A DNA stretch of 64,000 nucleotides from an uncultured virus (IMG/VR IMGVR_UViG_3300046812_000144) (IMGVR_UViG_3300046812_000144); one strand, 5' to 3'; shown: positions 44,505 through 54,760, counted from the stretch's first letter. Notes: a model not told the origin generated them from the sequence alone. Translations and numbers: made by a program.

Positions 44505-45524
44505 TTAGCTGATCGCCGACTTGTTGTTCACCGCGAGGATGCGGCCGTTGGCCTTCTCGTTGAGGACCTCCAGCGTCACCTCACCCACGACCAGCCCGGC
44601 AACGGAATCGCCGCGCTTGCCCACCAACTCGTGGTGGACCGGACGCAGCCACGCGAGCCGGTTGATCGCACGCGACAGGAAGAACATCTGCCCGCCCGTG
44701 TTGGTCGCCGACGCGGTCGCCGTGGTGACGTTGGTGCTCTCCGGCACCCATCGGTCGAGGACGATCTGGATCAGACCGAAGTCCGAGTCGTAGAAGTCGA
44801 TCGCACCGACGAGCTTCTTGTCCACCGCCGCGATGTTGCGCGCGTGCGGGGTACCAGCCGCAGCACCGGGCACCGTGAAGGCAGAAACCTGACGCTTCGC
44901 CTTCGGCGAGACGTAGACCTGCTCCGGGTTGCCACCGGCCACGTAGATGGTGTTCAGCATGTCCGCGAAGTCGCCGACGGTCACGACACCATCGTGCGTC
45001 GCGTCACCACCCGTACCGAGGTTGGCACCCGCGTACGCGGTGTTGGTCGCGATGAACGCCTGAAGACCCTTCAGGACACGAGCCGCTGCCGAAGTACCGG
45101 TCGCCGTGGTGAGAGCGCCGAAGATCGTGGTCTCCAACTGGACGGCCAGTTCCTTCACTGCCTTCTGCACTTCGTAGGCGTACTGATCCGCGAAGCCAGC
45201 GGTGTCGACCGCGCGCTGCGACTCCGACAGCCCGATGTCCTTACGCAGGATCATCGTGATGTTGAAGATTCGCGACGGAGCCGTGGTCGTGTTGAGCGAC
45301 CAGTCGGCACCTTCGACCGCGCCGTTACCGGCGGTCTGCGCCGACAGCGTATCGATGAGCCACTGGTGGTAGATGTGTCGGCAAGCGACCTTGGGTGCCT
45401 GCGACACGAACGGCGTGTCGTACGGGGAGATGTTGGTGATCTGCTCCAGCAAGTCCTCACGAGCGACGCCACTCTTCAGGTCCGAGCCATCGAAGGCGTA
45501 CGAACCGAAGTTGAACGTAGTCAT
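44505..45524 (-). CDS. Major capsid protein (DUF5309/SU10-like)
   Basis: REDLLEQITNISPYDTPF, HQWLIDTL, EGAD, YDSDFG and GEVTLE; follows the scaffold gene. Confidence 0.85.
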   Translation of the reverse strand: MTTFNFGSYAFDGSDLKSGVAREDLLEQITNISPYDTPFVSQAPKVACRHIYHQWLIDTLSAQTAGNGAVEGADWSLNTTTAPSRIFNITMILRKDIGLSESQRAVDTAGFADQYAYEVQKAVKELAVQLETTIFGALTTATGTSAAARVLKGLQAFIATNTAYAGANLGTGGDATHDGVVTVGDFADMLNTIYVAGGNPEQVYVSPKAKRQVSAFTVPGAAAGTPHARNIAAVDKKLVGAIDFYDSDFGLIQIVLDRWVPESTNVTTATASATNTGGQMFFLSRAINRLAWLRPVHHELVGKRGDSVAGLVVGEVTLEVLNEKANGRILAVNNKSAIS

Positions 45525-45585
45525 TGTTGTTCCCTCGCCTCATTGGGAGGCGTGTTGTGGTACTGCGTTGACCCTTTCTCCAGCA

Positions 45586-46788
45586 CTACTGCTGGTTGAG
45601 GAAACCAAGTGACGGGCCGATGACCATCTTGCGGAACGCCATAGCGCCCGGACTGCCGGGGGCTTCACCCTCACGGCGCATCCGTTCGCGGGCGGACTCG
45701 ATCTCCTCGCGGGAGGCTCCAGTCGCACCCTTGTTCTCGTGGGCACCTGCACCGCCTGCGGAACCGCTGATGACGCCCGCATCTTTGCGTGCGATCTTCA
45801 ACTGCTCCTGACGGACCTGTTCACGCGCGGCGAGATCGGCCTCCGTGGCCTCCGCCTTGGCATGATCGGATGCAGCAACCTGTGCACCGTGGGCTCGCTC
45901 GAAGCTCACCCATGCGTGCTCGGTTGCGCCCTGCCGATCCCCCTGCGCCAGCAGTGCTTGCACTGCGCGCTTGACCAGCGGGTCGCTGTCGATGAAGACC
46001 GCGACCTCCTCGGAGAAGCGTTCGGCGTTCGGGTGTTTCTCCTTCATGTAGGAGTCCACCTGCCGCCAAGCCGCCCTGTCCGCATCACCCGCCGTGTCGC
46101 GGGCCGCGAACCTCTCCTCCACCTTCCAGTTGGCCGTCGCCTCGGCGAGTTCGCGGCTCGCCTTGCTCAACAGCTTCGAGGATTCCACGTCGAGAACGCC
46201 ACCGCTCTCGCTGATGTCCGACAGCACCTTGTCGTAACGTGCCTGAGCAGCGTCGACAGCCGCTTGCGAAACGGCTGCCTTCTGGTCAGGCTGTGGAACG
46301 GGAGTGGTGGGGGCCACTGCCGGGGGATTGGCGAAGCGCGCTTCGAGGGTACGGACCTGCTCTGCGAGCCGATCACGCTCCGCGAGGGCGTCCTTCGCCA
46401 TGTGTGTGAGGTGAACTCCACCCTTGATCGCCTCCTTCACGTCGACGTACTTGCCCGCGATGAGACCCGTCTTGGGGTCCCGCAGGGCTTCGTAGCCGGC
46501 GATCAGGTCGTCGAGACTGGGGTTGTCCGCCTTTGGTCCTGTGGTCGTCGCAGCCGCCTTAGCAGCAGCAGGCGCGGGTTGTCCGCCCTGTGCCGGAGGC
46601 GCTGGTGCTCCAGCAGTTCCGGGTGCTCCCTCGTTGCCGGGTAGTCCGGCGATGAAGGTGTCGATCTCTGACTGTGATGCCTTCCCCTGACGGCCGCCGT
46701 TGGCGGCGATGGGGATGATGACTTCGGGCACGACGATCGTACGCATCAGATGCTCGTGCAGTGCCGCTTCCTCTTTGCTTTGTGCCAC
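45586..46788 (-). CDS. Capsid scaffolding protein
   Basis: Helical and Ala/Glu-rich with AGKY; directly upstream of the major capsid gene. Confidence 0.65.
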   Translation of the reverse strand: MAQSKEEAALHEHLMRTIVVPEVIIPIAANGGRQGKASQSEIDTFIAGLPGNEGAPGTAGAPAPPAQGGQPAPAAAKAAATTTGPKADNPSLDDLIAGYEALRDPKTGLIAGKYVDVKEAIKGGVHLTHMAKDALAERDRLAEQVRTLEARFANPPAVAPTTPVPQPDQKAAVSQAAVDAAQARYDKVLSDISESGGVLDVESSKLLSKASRELAEATANWKVEERFAARDTAGDADRAAWRQVDSYMKEKHPNAERFSEEVAVFIDSDPLVKRAVQALLAQGDRQGATEHAWVSFERAHGAQVAASDHAKAEATEADLAAREQVRQEQLKIARKDAGVISGSAGGAGAHENKGATGASREEIESARERMRREGEAPGSPGAMAFRKMVIGPSLGFLNQQ

Positions 46789-46824
46789 GGTGTTCTCCTT
46801 GTGGGGTCGTCCCACAGGTGGAGG

Positions 46825-47028
46825 TTACTTGCCCCGCTTCCGGCGCGTGCCAGCAAGAGGGTTACGGTCGCCGCCGGAGACATAGGTGCCTCCGTGTTCG
46901 GCTTCGTTCTGCTTCTCGGAGATCTCGATTGCGATCGCCTGCTTCGGGTTCGTCACCACCTTGCCCTTCTTCGAGCCGGAGTGAAGTTCCCCCTTCTTGA
47001 ACTTGTCGAAGACTTCGTTGCTTGGCAT
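46825..47028 (-). CDS. Small basic DUF6496-like protein
   Basis: FKKGELHSGSKKGKVVTNPKQAIAI. Confidence 0.7.
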   Translation of the reverse strand: MPSNEVFDKFKKGELHSGSKKGKVVTNPKQAIAIEISEKQNEAEHGGTYVSGGDRNPLAGTRRKRGK

Positions 47029-47300
47029 TACCTGTTCTCCGAGCCGGGCTGATCGCCGGGCTGCGCCTTCTTCGTGACGGCAGACTGCCGTGTGACGGCC
47101 GGCTTCACGAGAGGCATGGGGCCGATGAACTTCGACTTCGGAGGCATGCCCGCTGACGTGCGTCGGTTCTCTGCGAGGTTGTCGAGGTCGCCAGCGATCA
47201 TGTTGTAACCGGATCGCCGGGCCATCTCTGCCATGTCCTCCGTGCTCGACACCTGATGAGCAGCGAAGTTCTGGGCGGGGTTGTTGCGTGCTCGTGCCAT
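47028..47300 (-). CDS. Small basic protein, RxNP-tag family
   Basis: Starts MARARNNP; TGATG and TAATG coupling. Confidence 0.7.
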   Translation of the reverse strand: MARARNNPAQNFAAHQVSSTEDMAEMARRSGYNMIAGDLDNLAENRRTSAGMPPKSKFIGPMPLVKPAVTRQSAVTKKAQPGDQPGSENR

Positions 47301-47722
47301 CAGTACTCTTCGGGGTCTGCTTCACCCTCGTTCGGTGTGGCCGGCTGGTTGATGCCGACCACTGGCTTGACGCCGCCCGCGTTGCGACGAGCGTCGTAGA
47401 GTTGATCGTTGGTCATCGACTGGAGCATCGCTTCGTGGATGCGCTCCATCGACGTCTCGTGGATCAGGAGCGAGAAGAACTTCAGGAGCCCCTCGCCGAA
47501 GCAGACGCCGCCCGCGAGGAACTCGTCGGGATAGCGATCTTGCCGCTCGCGAGAGCGGTCCTTCCACATCGCGTTCATGCTCGCGATGATCGAGAGCATG
47601 TAGGGCTTGAAGCTGTCGTCGTACGCCGGGCTGTTGAGCACGAACTCGATCTGACCGAGTTGACGCTCATCCAGCCGGCGAAGGTCGAACATCTCGCGGA
47701 AGTCACCGCGTTGTCCTGCCAT
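47300..47722 (-). CDS. Hypothetical protein downstream of the portal gene
   Basis: AAGGAG RBS. Confidence 0.7.
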   Translation of the reverse strand: MAGQRGDFREMFDLRRLDERQLGQIEFVLNSPAYDDSFKPYMLSIIASMNAMWKDRSRERQDRYPDEFLAGGVCFGEGLLKFFSLLIHETSMERIHEAMLQSMTNDQLYDARRNAGGVKPVVGINQPATPNEGEADPEEY

Positions 47723-47734
47723 GGTCTACTCCTT

Positions 47735-49705
47735 TCAGGAGTGATTCAACGCCGCCATCATCATCGCGTTCTTGCCGATGTCGGGCGGGTTGAGCATGGA
47801 CGCCGGAGCGCCCATACCGGCCGGCGCGCCTGTCGGCATGCCGGGTACGGCTGAAGGACCGCCGTTGGCAATCTGGCCGGAAGTCGGGATGCCCGCGAGA
47901 CCTGCCGGACCGCCCGCCTGCTGTGCCATTGCCGCAAGCTGCGGATTCTGGGTGAAGATGTCGTTGATCGAGGGAACCTCGAACACGCGGAAGATGCCAC
48001 GGAAGAAGTTCACCGCGTTGATCTGGCCCATCAACGATTGCCCGAGGGGGCTCGACAGGGCTTGCAGGAGCGACAGCAGGTTCTGCTGCTGCATCTGCTT
48101 GCTGAGTCCCATCGTCGCACCCATCGCCCGCGCTTGGTAGCTCGGGAACAGGTCGTATCCGCTGAGGACTTCCCTCGATGCAGGAATGGGCATCCCAGTG
48201 TCGGGGTCCAACTGCGCGCCATCCCCGAGGATCATCACCTCGATGGGCGGCTCAAGGAACTGCTTCGAGAGCGCGCTGAACATGTTCGCCAGCGGCTCCA
48301 GCATGGTCTCTTCGTAGATGCGCGACTCCAGCATCAGGCGGGTGCCAGCAGCCTCGCGCCGGCCCACGAACTCGCGGGCGGTCTGGCGGCTGTCGGAACC
48401 GAGGCCCATGACGGCGTCGTCGACGAGGCCCGTGCCCATCTGGGCGAACTCGCGGACCTGTGCGATCTTGTTGTCGGCCACGGTGAGGCCCGACATGTCG
48501 TGACCCATCGGCATGATCGCCTGCGACGGGTTGCCGTTCAGGCCGATGAAGCGGCCGGGGCGGCTGTAGAGGTTGCGCGTGATGAGGCCAGCGCCACGAT
48601 CGTAGAACCACATCGGATCGATCATGAGATCGGCCGCGTCGAGGCTCTGGTTCAGGTAGCGATTGCCGACGATCTGGAGCTTCTCGATGATCTCGGCCTT
48701 GCCCGGCGCGTAGAAGTAGTGCGGGTCAGGCGTCGGCGAGAAGGCGAGGAACGGCAGCCGCCCGTGGTTGTACGGGTTCGGCCGGTTCCGCATCAGGTAA
48801 CGGCGGTTGGCGACAGTGACGACGCGGTTCAGGTCGCCGTCGGGCGAAAGCTCCGAAGGCACACGACCCCAGAACTCAAGGATCTCGATCGGGCGGGCGT
48901 ACTTGTCCATGTAGCGCGCGGTCTCGTCGTCCATGCCCGTGCGGACTTGGAAGCGACGGATCGAGGTGACGAGTTCGGAGTTGCCGCCTCCGATTGCTCC
49001 CTCGCGCTCCATGCGGGCCACTTCGGACTTGTCGAACGTGCCGATCTCCGCGAGGTAGCGGATGTCGTCGAGGTCGAGAAAGTAGCGGCGGACGACCCAC
49101 TTCATGTCGCGCAGGCGCGAGACGGCCGGCTGCGGGAAGAAGTCGAGGAGGTCGACCATGATGGACTCGGGGCCGTCGAACATGACGACCTTGCCCTTGC
49201 GGATGTGGCGAACGACCTTGCCCGAGAGAGGCATGCGGTCGATCTGTTCCATGATACGGGTCTGCTCGTCGCGCTTCCAGCCCACCTGCATCACGGCAAC
49301 GCCGTAGAGGCCAGAGGCCACGAGGAGATCCACCTGCTTCAGGAAGGCGCTGTCGTCCTTCATCTGCGCGGCGTTCAGGGCCTCCTGTTTCTGCGCGGTC
49401 TTCCGGTCATCCGGGCCGTAGCCCATGAAGTTGACGGGAGGATACGAGGAGAGCGAGGCTGCGGCCTTGCGCGCTGCGTCGGCCCACAGGGCGCTGAAGA
49501 TCAGTGGGATGTGGACGTTGTTCTTGTGCGGGTGGAAGCGGCCAGACCACGAGCCACGCCAGAGGTCGTAGAGCCGGGGCCACTTGGAGCGGATGCCGTT
49601 GAACTGCGACTCGGAGTAGCGCAGGCAGTCGATGACCATGTTCGCCATCTGCTGCTTGTAGGCGTAGTCGGACGGCTCGCGCTGAATGGCAAGAGCAGAG
49701 ATCAT
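47735..49705 (-). CDS. Portal protein
   Basis: 656 aa; YGVAVMQVGW, DFFPQP, RNRPNPY...LPF, TARE and a Gln-rich C-terminus; lies between terminase and scaffold. Confidence 0.85.
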   Translation of the reverse strand: MISALAIQREPSDYAYKQQMANMVIDCLRYSESQFNGIRSKWPRLYDLWRGSWSGRFHPHKNNVHIPLIFSALWADAARKAAASLSSYPPVNFMGYGPDDRKTAQKQEALNAAQMKDDSAFLKQVDLLVASGLYGVAVMQVGWKRDEQTRIMEQIDRMPLSGKVVRHIRKGKVVMFDGPESIMVDLLDFFPQPAVSRLRDMKWVVRRYFLDLDDIRYLAEIGTFDKSEVARMEREGAIGGGNSELVTSIRRFQVRTGMDDETARYMDKYARPIEILEFWGRVPSELSPDGDLNRVVTVANRRYLMRNRPNPYNHGRLPFLAFSPTPDPHYFYAPGKAEIIEKLQIVGNRYLNQSLDAADLMIDPMWFYDRGAGLITRNLYSRPGRFIGLNGNPSQAIMPMGHDMSGLTVADNKIAQVREFAQMGTGLVDDAVMGLGSDSRQTAREFVGRREAAGTRLMLESRIYEETMLEPLANMFSALSKQFLEPPIEVMILGDGAQLDPDTGMPIPASREVLSGYDLFPSYQARAMGATMGLSKQMQQQNLLSLLQALSSPLGQSLMGQINAVNFFRGIFRVFEVPSINDIFTQNPQLAAMAQQAGGPAGLAGIPTSGQIANGGPSAVPGMPTGAPAGMGAPASMLNPPDIGKNAMMMAALNHS

Positions 49706-50289
49706 GTAGCCCTCTTGAAGTCGGCCGGAAGCGGCAGACGTGTGTATCCGCCGGGTCCGATGAGGCCGTCGGTTTCGACGATCTTCATGAACAGGTCGAA
49801 GGTCAGGTGAACGTCATCACCGCAGTAGCGAAAGAGCTTGCCGAACTTGCCCGTGCGGGCGAGTTCCTTGGCGTTGCCGCCGTGCTCGATCTTCCCTCGG
49901 CCGAGATTGCGGCGAGAGATGCGGTCCAGCGTGAGGTCGCCCTTGCCGGTCTTGATGCCACGCTTGGCGCAGGCACCGGAGAGGGCCTCGAAGATGTCGT
50001 AGTGCTTGCGGACACGCAAGGCCCGTCGGGCCAACCCCTCCATCACTGGCAGGTCGAAGCCCACGGAGTTGAAGCCGACGAGGAGGTCGGCCTGCTCGAT
50101 GTGGCGGGCGCACGCTTCGACCTCATGGTCGTCGTATGCGTAGAGCCAGCGATCGCGTGTGTCGTACAGCACGATAGCGGACGCGCCCCCCTTGCCTTGG
50201 CGGAGGAGTTCCCATCCGTGCTCCTTGTCCTTGGGGTCGAGGTCCTCAGCCCAGAGGCGGGACTCGATGTCGAACACGATGACGCGCAT
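49702..50289 (-). CDS. RNase H-like DEDDy exonuclease (YprB/RNase_H_2-like)
   Basis: VFDIES, LVGFNSVGFDLP and YCGDDV. Confidence 0.8.
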   Translation of the reverse strand: MRVIVFDIESRLWAEDLDPKDKEHGWELLRQGKGGASAIVLYDTRDRWLYAYDDHEVEACARHIEQADLLVGFNSVGFDLPVMEGLARRALRVRKHYDIFEALSGACAKRGIKTGKGDLTLDRISRRNLGRGKIEHGGNAKELARTGKFGKLFRYCGDDVHLTFDLFMKIVETDGLIGPGGYTRLPLPADFKRAT

Positions 50290-50395
50290 AGGCGTCCTTT
50301 CTGTAGAAGAGGAGGGGGCCGGCCGGAGTCACCGAGCAGGTTGACGAGACCGCTTCTGCCCAATCGCCGTTGCAGGCGCGGGGAACCGGCCCACC

Positions 50396-50587
50396 TCACA
50401 TCGGGGACAACTTCTCCGGGCTCGACGCAATGATGACCGAGCGAAGACCGAAGTCGTTGAGATACCACTCATTGCCATTCGGCATCACGAACTTGTGGTA
50501 CGTGCCGGCCGGGTTGGCGATGAGTTCGTGGCTCTTGACCTCGAAGACCTCGTTCATCCCGGTGCCGACGATACGGACAGTTTTCAC
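50396..50587 (-). CDS. Small hypothetical protein
   Basis: GTG start after an AGGAG RBS (VKTVRIVG...). Confidence 0.55.
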   Translation of the reverse strand: MKTVRIVGTGMNEVFEVKSHELIANPAGTYHKFVMPNGNEWYLNDFGLRSVIIASSPEKLSPM

Positions 50588-51933
50588 GGTGTCTCCTGCC
50601 GCATGTAACGGCGGTCGCCCCGCGCGATCGCGGCAGTCTCTTCGGGTGGCGGACCACCCTCGATCTGCTCGAAGGCCCAGAGGTAGTTGTACGAGGTGTA
50701 GCATCCGACGGCAGGCCCCGGCGCGGAGCCGGCGAACTGTACATAGATGGCCGTGCGGTGCTTCGGAAGTGCGTCACCTGAAGCGATGTTGTTGATGGTA
50801 ACCGCAGTCGATTGGTTCGTCGCTACATCGGACGTGACAGACCATGAGTGCGTGTGACCCGCCGCTGCGAAGTTACCCGATGCGCCGGATGTCGCATTCT
50901 TCGAGCCGACCGAAGTACCACCGTTCACCAGATGCGTGTGCGCGTTTTGAGTCGGTTGACAGTTTACGGCCGTGTGGTTGTGGATAAGGCCGCCGCCAGT
51001 CGTGCCAACTTCACCGTCGTTAGTTGAACCCTTAGCCCAGACAGCGTCAAGGGCTGTGTAGCGAGACCAACTAGCAGGGATTGCACTATTGGCACCGATC
51101 CAGAGACAGATGATGCTCGTCGGAAGCGTCGCCGCGCTTGACTGGATGACATTGATCTTCGAGAACGGTGGTTCGTGGCTGGACGAGTTGATCGTCGTCG
51201 TCACGGACTGGTTCGTCGCAGTCTGTAGCGTAAGACTCACTGAGTGCGTGTGCCCCGTCGTCGCGATGGGGTCGGTGCCCGCAGGACCCGTCCCCGAAAG
51301 AGCCGCGTTACCCGGCGTTGAAGTGACTGCGCCGTGAGTGTGCGCGTTTTGCGTGTGCGTGTGGGCCGGTGATGTGTGGGTATGTGTGTTTGCACCACCA
51401 GTTGTTCCACCATCCGTACCGGTTGCAGCCCCTTTCAGGTAGCGATCAGCATACGCGCGTGTCCAGTTCGCCGGAAAGACATCGGCTGCGAAGAAGGCGA
51501 GGCAGCCACTTGGCAAGGTCGCCGGAGTCCCATCGCTTGCGATCCAGATGACTTCGACGAAGGCGAGATCGTTGCTCGTCGCATTGACGGTGATCGCGAT
51601 TCCGTTGTTCGTTGCCGTTGCGGCAGCCGAGGCAAAGGCATCGTGACCGTGGGTATCGTCTGCACCTGTACTTGCGACCGTACCGGTAAAGACGTTGAGA
51701 GCATCGCCACCCGGCGCATTGATGGTGTGCGTGTGGGCGTTCTGGACCGGGTTGTGTGAGGGTGACGTATGCGTGTGTGTCGCGAACCCTCGGTCGGTGA
51801 CGAGGTCTGTGTCAGCACCTGCCGCAGAGCCCAGAACGTAACGGGCATCGAGTGCGGTCACGCGCGTCCACCCTGTGGGGATGGAAACGACCGTCGAGGG
51901 CCACGCGACAACGATGTTAGCTGGAACCGCCAT
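50584..51933 (-). CDS. Fibre/collar-like protein with three HxH-rich repeats
   Basis: Three P-x-(G/N/S)W modules, each followed by H-x-HT...QNAHTH. Confidence 0.7.
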   Translation of the reverse strand: MAVPANIVVAWPSTVVSIPTGWTRVTALDARYVLGSAAGADTDLVTDRGFATHTHTSPSHNPVQNAHTHTINAPGGDALNVFTGTVASTGADDTHGHDAFASAAATATNNGIAITVNATSNDLAFVEVIWIASDGTPATLPSGCLAFFAADVFPANWTRAYADRYLKGAATGTDGGTTGGANTHTHTSPAHTHTQNAHTHGAVTSTPGNAALSGTGPAGTDPIATTGHTHSVSLTLQTATNQSVTTTINSSSHEPPFSKINVIQSSAATLPTSIICLWIGANSAIPASWSRYTALDAVWAKGSTNDGEVGTTGGGLIHNHTAVNCQPTQNAHTHLVNGGTSVGSKNATSGASGNFAAAGHTHSWSVTSDVATNQSTAVTINNIASGDALPKHRTAIYVQFAGSAPGPAVGCYTSYNYLWAFEQIEGGPPPEETAAIARGDRRYMRQETP

Positions 51934-52409
51934 TGCGCTGTCCTCTCAGGAAGTCCTGAAGCTCGACGAGCGATTGCTGGACTTCCTTGACGAGTTCGCG
52001 GACATTGCCGCCCCATGAGCGCGAGGAGACTTTCGGGTACGGATGAAGTTGGCGCGTGCCAGACTCCATCAGGTAGTCTTCCTGTCGCATTGCGACGTAG
52101 AGGTCAGTCACACGGTCGTAGACCTCGGTCTTGCCCGTTTCGAGTTCGATGGTGACCTTCATTGGTACGTCCTTTCTACATCGCTTGGAGAGCGGTGATT
52201 GCTGCACTGATCTGGTCGCGAGCGGCGACCATATCGTTCGTGATCGCTATCTTCGTCGCCTGCTGGTTCGCGGGCGAGAGTAGCGAGTAAGCTGATGCAC
52301 CGAGACCGTCGTCGAAGATATTGACGACGCGGTCCCGGTCAGCGAGGAGCTTGTTCGCAGCAGCATTGAGTGCTGCGATCTGTGTGGCAACTGCTGCGGG
52401 AAGAGCCAT
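51917..52409 (-). other. Two small hypothetical genes (51917-52162, 52176-52409)
   Basis: RBS-preceded ORFs in the late operon. Confidence 0.6.
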
Positions 52410-52415
52410 GATTCC

Positions 52416-54362
52416 TCATACGGGTGCGCGGGGTGGAATCCAGCCGTCCTCCTCGAAGCCACGGACGCCGTCGTCGAGGTAACCGGAAGCCCGGAGTTCA
52501 TCGCGCTCGGCCATCATGGTGAGGAGTTCGTCGTTCGTCATGGGCTTGCCCATGTCCTTCAGGTCGTCATCCCACGGGCGACGGACTGTTGTTCCCTCGT
52601 CCTGCACGAGACCGGGGTCCGTGACGGGCGGTCGCCACAGTTTCGGGGCGAAGCCGTCAGCCGCTGCATCGGCAAGGTCGTCGTGTGAGACCGTGTCAAC
52701 CTTGAGGATCTGGTTGACCATCTTCCGCACGATCGGCGTCACGATGAAGTGAGGGCACTGCACATAGACGAGCTTGTTCGTCTTCGGGTCGAGCACGGGA
52801 GGCGGGCACTTGCACTCACCCCTGTTGAGGAGGATGCGCGCGTAGCCGCCCTGCCAGTGACCGGCCGCTGTACGGATGCGGGACTTCTTGTCCTTCGTAC
52901 GGTTGAACTGCATGAACTGGTCGTCGCCGAAGTTGAAGCCGGCGGTGCGAAGGAGGCCGAGGATACGGTTCTTGTAGACGCCCTCTTTGCCACCCGGCTC
53001 GGTCTCGTCCGTGATCGCGCGGATGAAGATGCCGCGACGGCGGAGGTTGACGAGGACGGCAATCAGTTCCTTGTTGAAGTCCTCTTCACGCCACTCGTTC
53101 GAGGCGCGGAGGAGTTCGGTGTCGAGGTAGAGCACGCCGTTGTTGCGGGCGTCCTTCAGCCAGACCACGATCACAGAGTCGTCACCGCGCCCGATGTTCT
53201 CCTTGTTCTTGAACGCCGTGTCGATGTGGACGGTTGCCCACTCGACCGTCACATCCCAGATGAAGTCCGGGTAGGAGACGTAGAGCCACGGGATCTGCCC
53301 CTCGACGAGCGGAGCGTGCTCCGATGCGCCGGGGTTGTTCTGCTGCTGGCCTGCGAACTCCTCGGCGTTGATGCGCTTGCGTCGCGCGATCTCGGCCACG
53401 GTCCACATCTTCGGGTGCGTCGGTAGGCCGGTGGTCTCGTCCTCGGTCTGCCAGAAGAAGACGTGCCAGATGCCTTGGCCGAAGGGCACCTTGTCGAACA
53501 TCGACATGTGCGGGCAGGGCATGCCGGTCCACGAGGCGACGCCATCCTCGTGCATGTGGTAGCCCGCGACGTCATCGTCGAGGTACCGGGTGCATGTGAG
53601 GACACGGAGTCCGTTACGGTGGAGCGCGTTGGCCGACGACATGAAGGCTGACTTCTGCCCTCGCAGGTAGGCCGAGCGGTCCTTCTTCAGCTTCTCCTGT
53701 TCGAGCGGGTCATCCCAGAAAGACTGGCGCGGGTGGTAGCCCGTCGCGCCGATGCCGGCGGACGAGGCGTCGAACGAGGGCTCGCCGATGTTGCGGGCGC
53801 GCCGATAGGAGTGCTTGATGAATGACTTGGTGCGCTCCTGCGCGCCAGTCACCCAGTCGCCGTAGAGCCATACGAACCACGAATCCGGGTCGTGGTTCTT
53901 CCCCCCACCGCAGACTGCAAGGATTGACCCGAGGATGTCACCGGACAACTCGTCGGTCGCAGACTGGATGAGGGTCGTCATGTCGGGGTCGTTCAGGTGC
54001 GACCACAGCGACCCGGCTTTAGTCGATGAGACCGTCTTCCCGAAACCACGCGGCAGGAGAGAGATCAGGTTGTACTGCTCGGGGATGCCAGCGAGGGCGT
54101 GAGCCTTCCACTGGAGCAGGTGAGTCTGGAGCCATGTGGTGTACGGGATGTGAAGCGGCTCGTACAGCCACTGGGGCTCTGCGGGATGCGACGCGAGGTA
54201 GTGCTCCGCGCCCCATGCGTGGCGAAGGAAGTGCCACAGGGAGCGAGGGTGCGTCGACCGCATGGGGTTTACATGCCACGCTTCCGGCGCGCAGATCGCC
54301 CGCCAGAGGACCCGCTCGGCTTCCATGTCCCAGTCTTGACGAAGCGCAGAAACTTGAGCCAC
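52416..54362 (-). CDS. terL: Terminase large subunit
   Basis: Walker A PRGFGKT, Walker B WDDP and TRY; nuclease motifs HIDTA, DDSVI and HDDLADA. Confidence 0.92.
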   Translation of the reverse strand: MAQVSALRQDWDMEAERVLWRAICAPEAWHVNPMRSTHPRSLWHFLRHAWGAEHYLASHPAEPQWLYEPLHIPYTTWLQTHLLQWKAHALAGIPEQYNLISLLPRGFGKTVSSTKAGSLWSHLNDPDMTTLIQSATDELSGDILGSILAVCGGGKNHDPDSWFVWLYGDWVTGAQERTKSFIKHSYRRARNIGEPSFDASSAGIGATGYHPRQSFWDDPLEQEKLKKDRSAYLRGQKSAFMSSANALHRNGLRVLTCTRYLDDDVAGYHMHEDGVASWTGMPCPHMSMFDKVPFGQGIWHVFFWQTEDETTGLPTHPKMWTVAEIARRKRINAEEFAGQQQNNPGASEHAPLVEGQIPWLYVSYPDFIWDVTVEWATVHIDTAFKNKENIGRGDDSVIVVWLKDARNNGVLYLDTELLRASNEWREEDFNKELIAVLVNLRRRGIFIRAITDETEPGGKEGVYKNRILGLLRTAGFNFGDDQFMQFNRTKDKKSRIRTAAGHWQGGYARILLNRGECKCPPPVLDPKTNKLVYVQCPHFIVTPIVRKMVNQILKVDTVSHDDLADAAADGFAPKLWRPPVTDPGLVQDEGTTVRRPWDDDLKDMGKPMTNDELLTMMAERDELRASGYLDDGVRGFEEDGWIPPRAPV

Positions 54363-54760
54363 TGGAACCTCCCTCGGCTGATGACGCCATGCTCGAACGC
54401 CATCTCGGGCGTGAGGAGCACCATGTCCGGCTTCGCGCCGTTCCTGTAGATGTCTTCGAGGTGGTTCGTGAGTTCGCGCTCCCAGAGGGTGCGGACCGTG
54501 GGCATCTCACCGATGGTGAAGCCGAGGCGGTGGAGTTCGTCGCCGTTGAGGAGCGCGCCATGTTCGCCGTCGTCCGTGACGATGCCACGGGCTTCCATCT
54601 CGCCCGCGATGCGGAGGCGCTCCTTGCGGCGGTACTCGTCCCAGTACTTCAGGGTCGCTTCGGCGTCATTGGCGTCAGGGACGTCCGACTTCGCCTTGCG
54701 CTGTTGCAGGCGCGTGGAGATCAGCGCCGGCATGTCGTACTCACGGGGGTCGAGGCCCAT
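54269..54760 (-). CDS. Hypothetical protein
   Basis: AAGGAG RBS. Confidence 0.6.
   Translation of the reverse strand: MGLDPREYDMPALISTRLQQRKAKSDVPDANDAEATLKYWDEYRRKERLRIAGEMEARGIVTDDGEHGALLNGDELHRLGFTIGEMPTVRTLWERELTNHLEDIYRNGAKPDMVLLTPEMAFEHGVISRGRFQWLKFLRFVKTGTWKPSGSSGGRSARRKRGM

Noticed and set aside
43668..45599. Long opposite-strand ORFs such as 43668-45599 +, 48038-49810 +, 61294-63432 - and 6104-7453 -
   Set aside because: They are antisense shadows of genes with clear motifs, as expected at high GC3; they show no recognisable domains.
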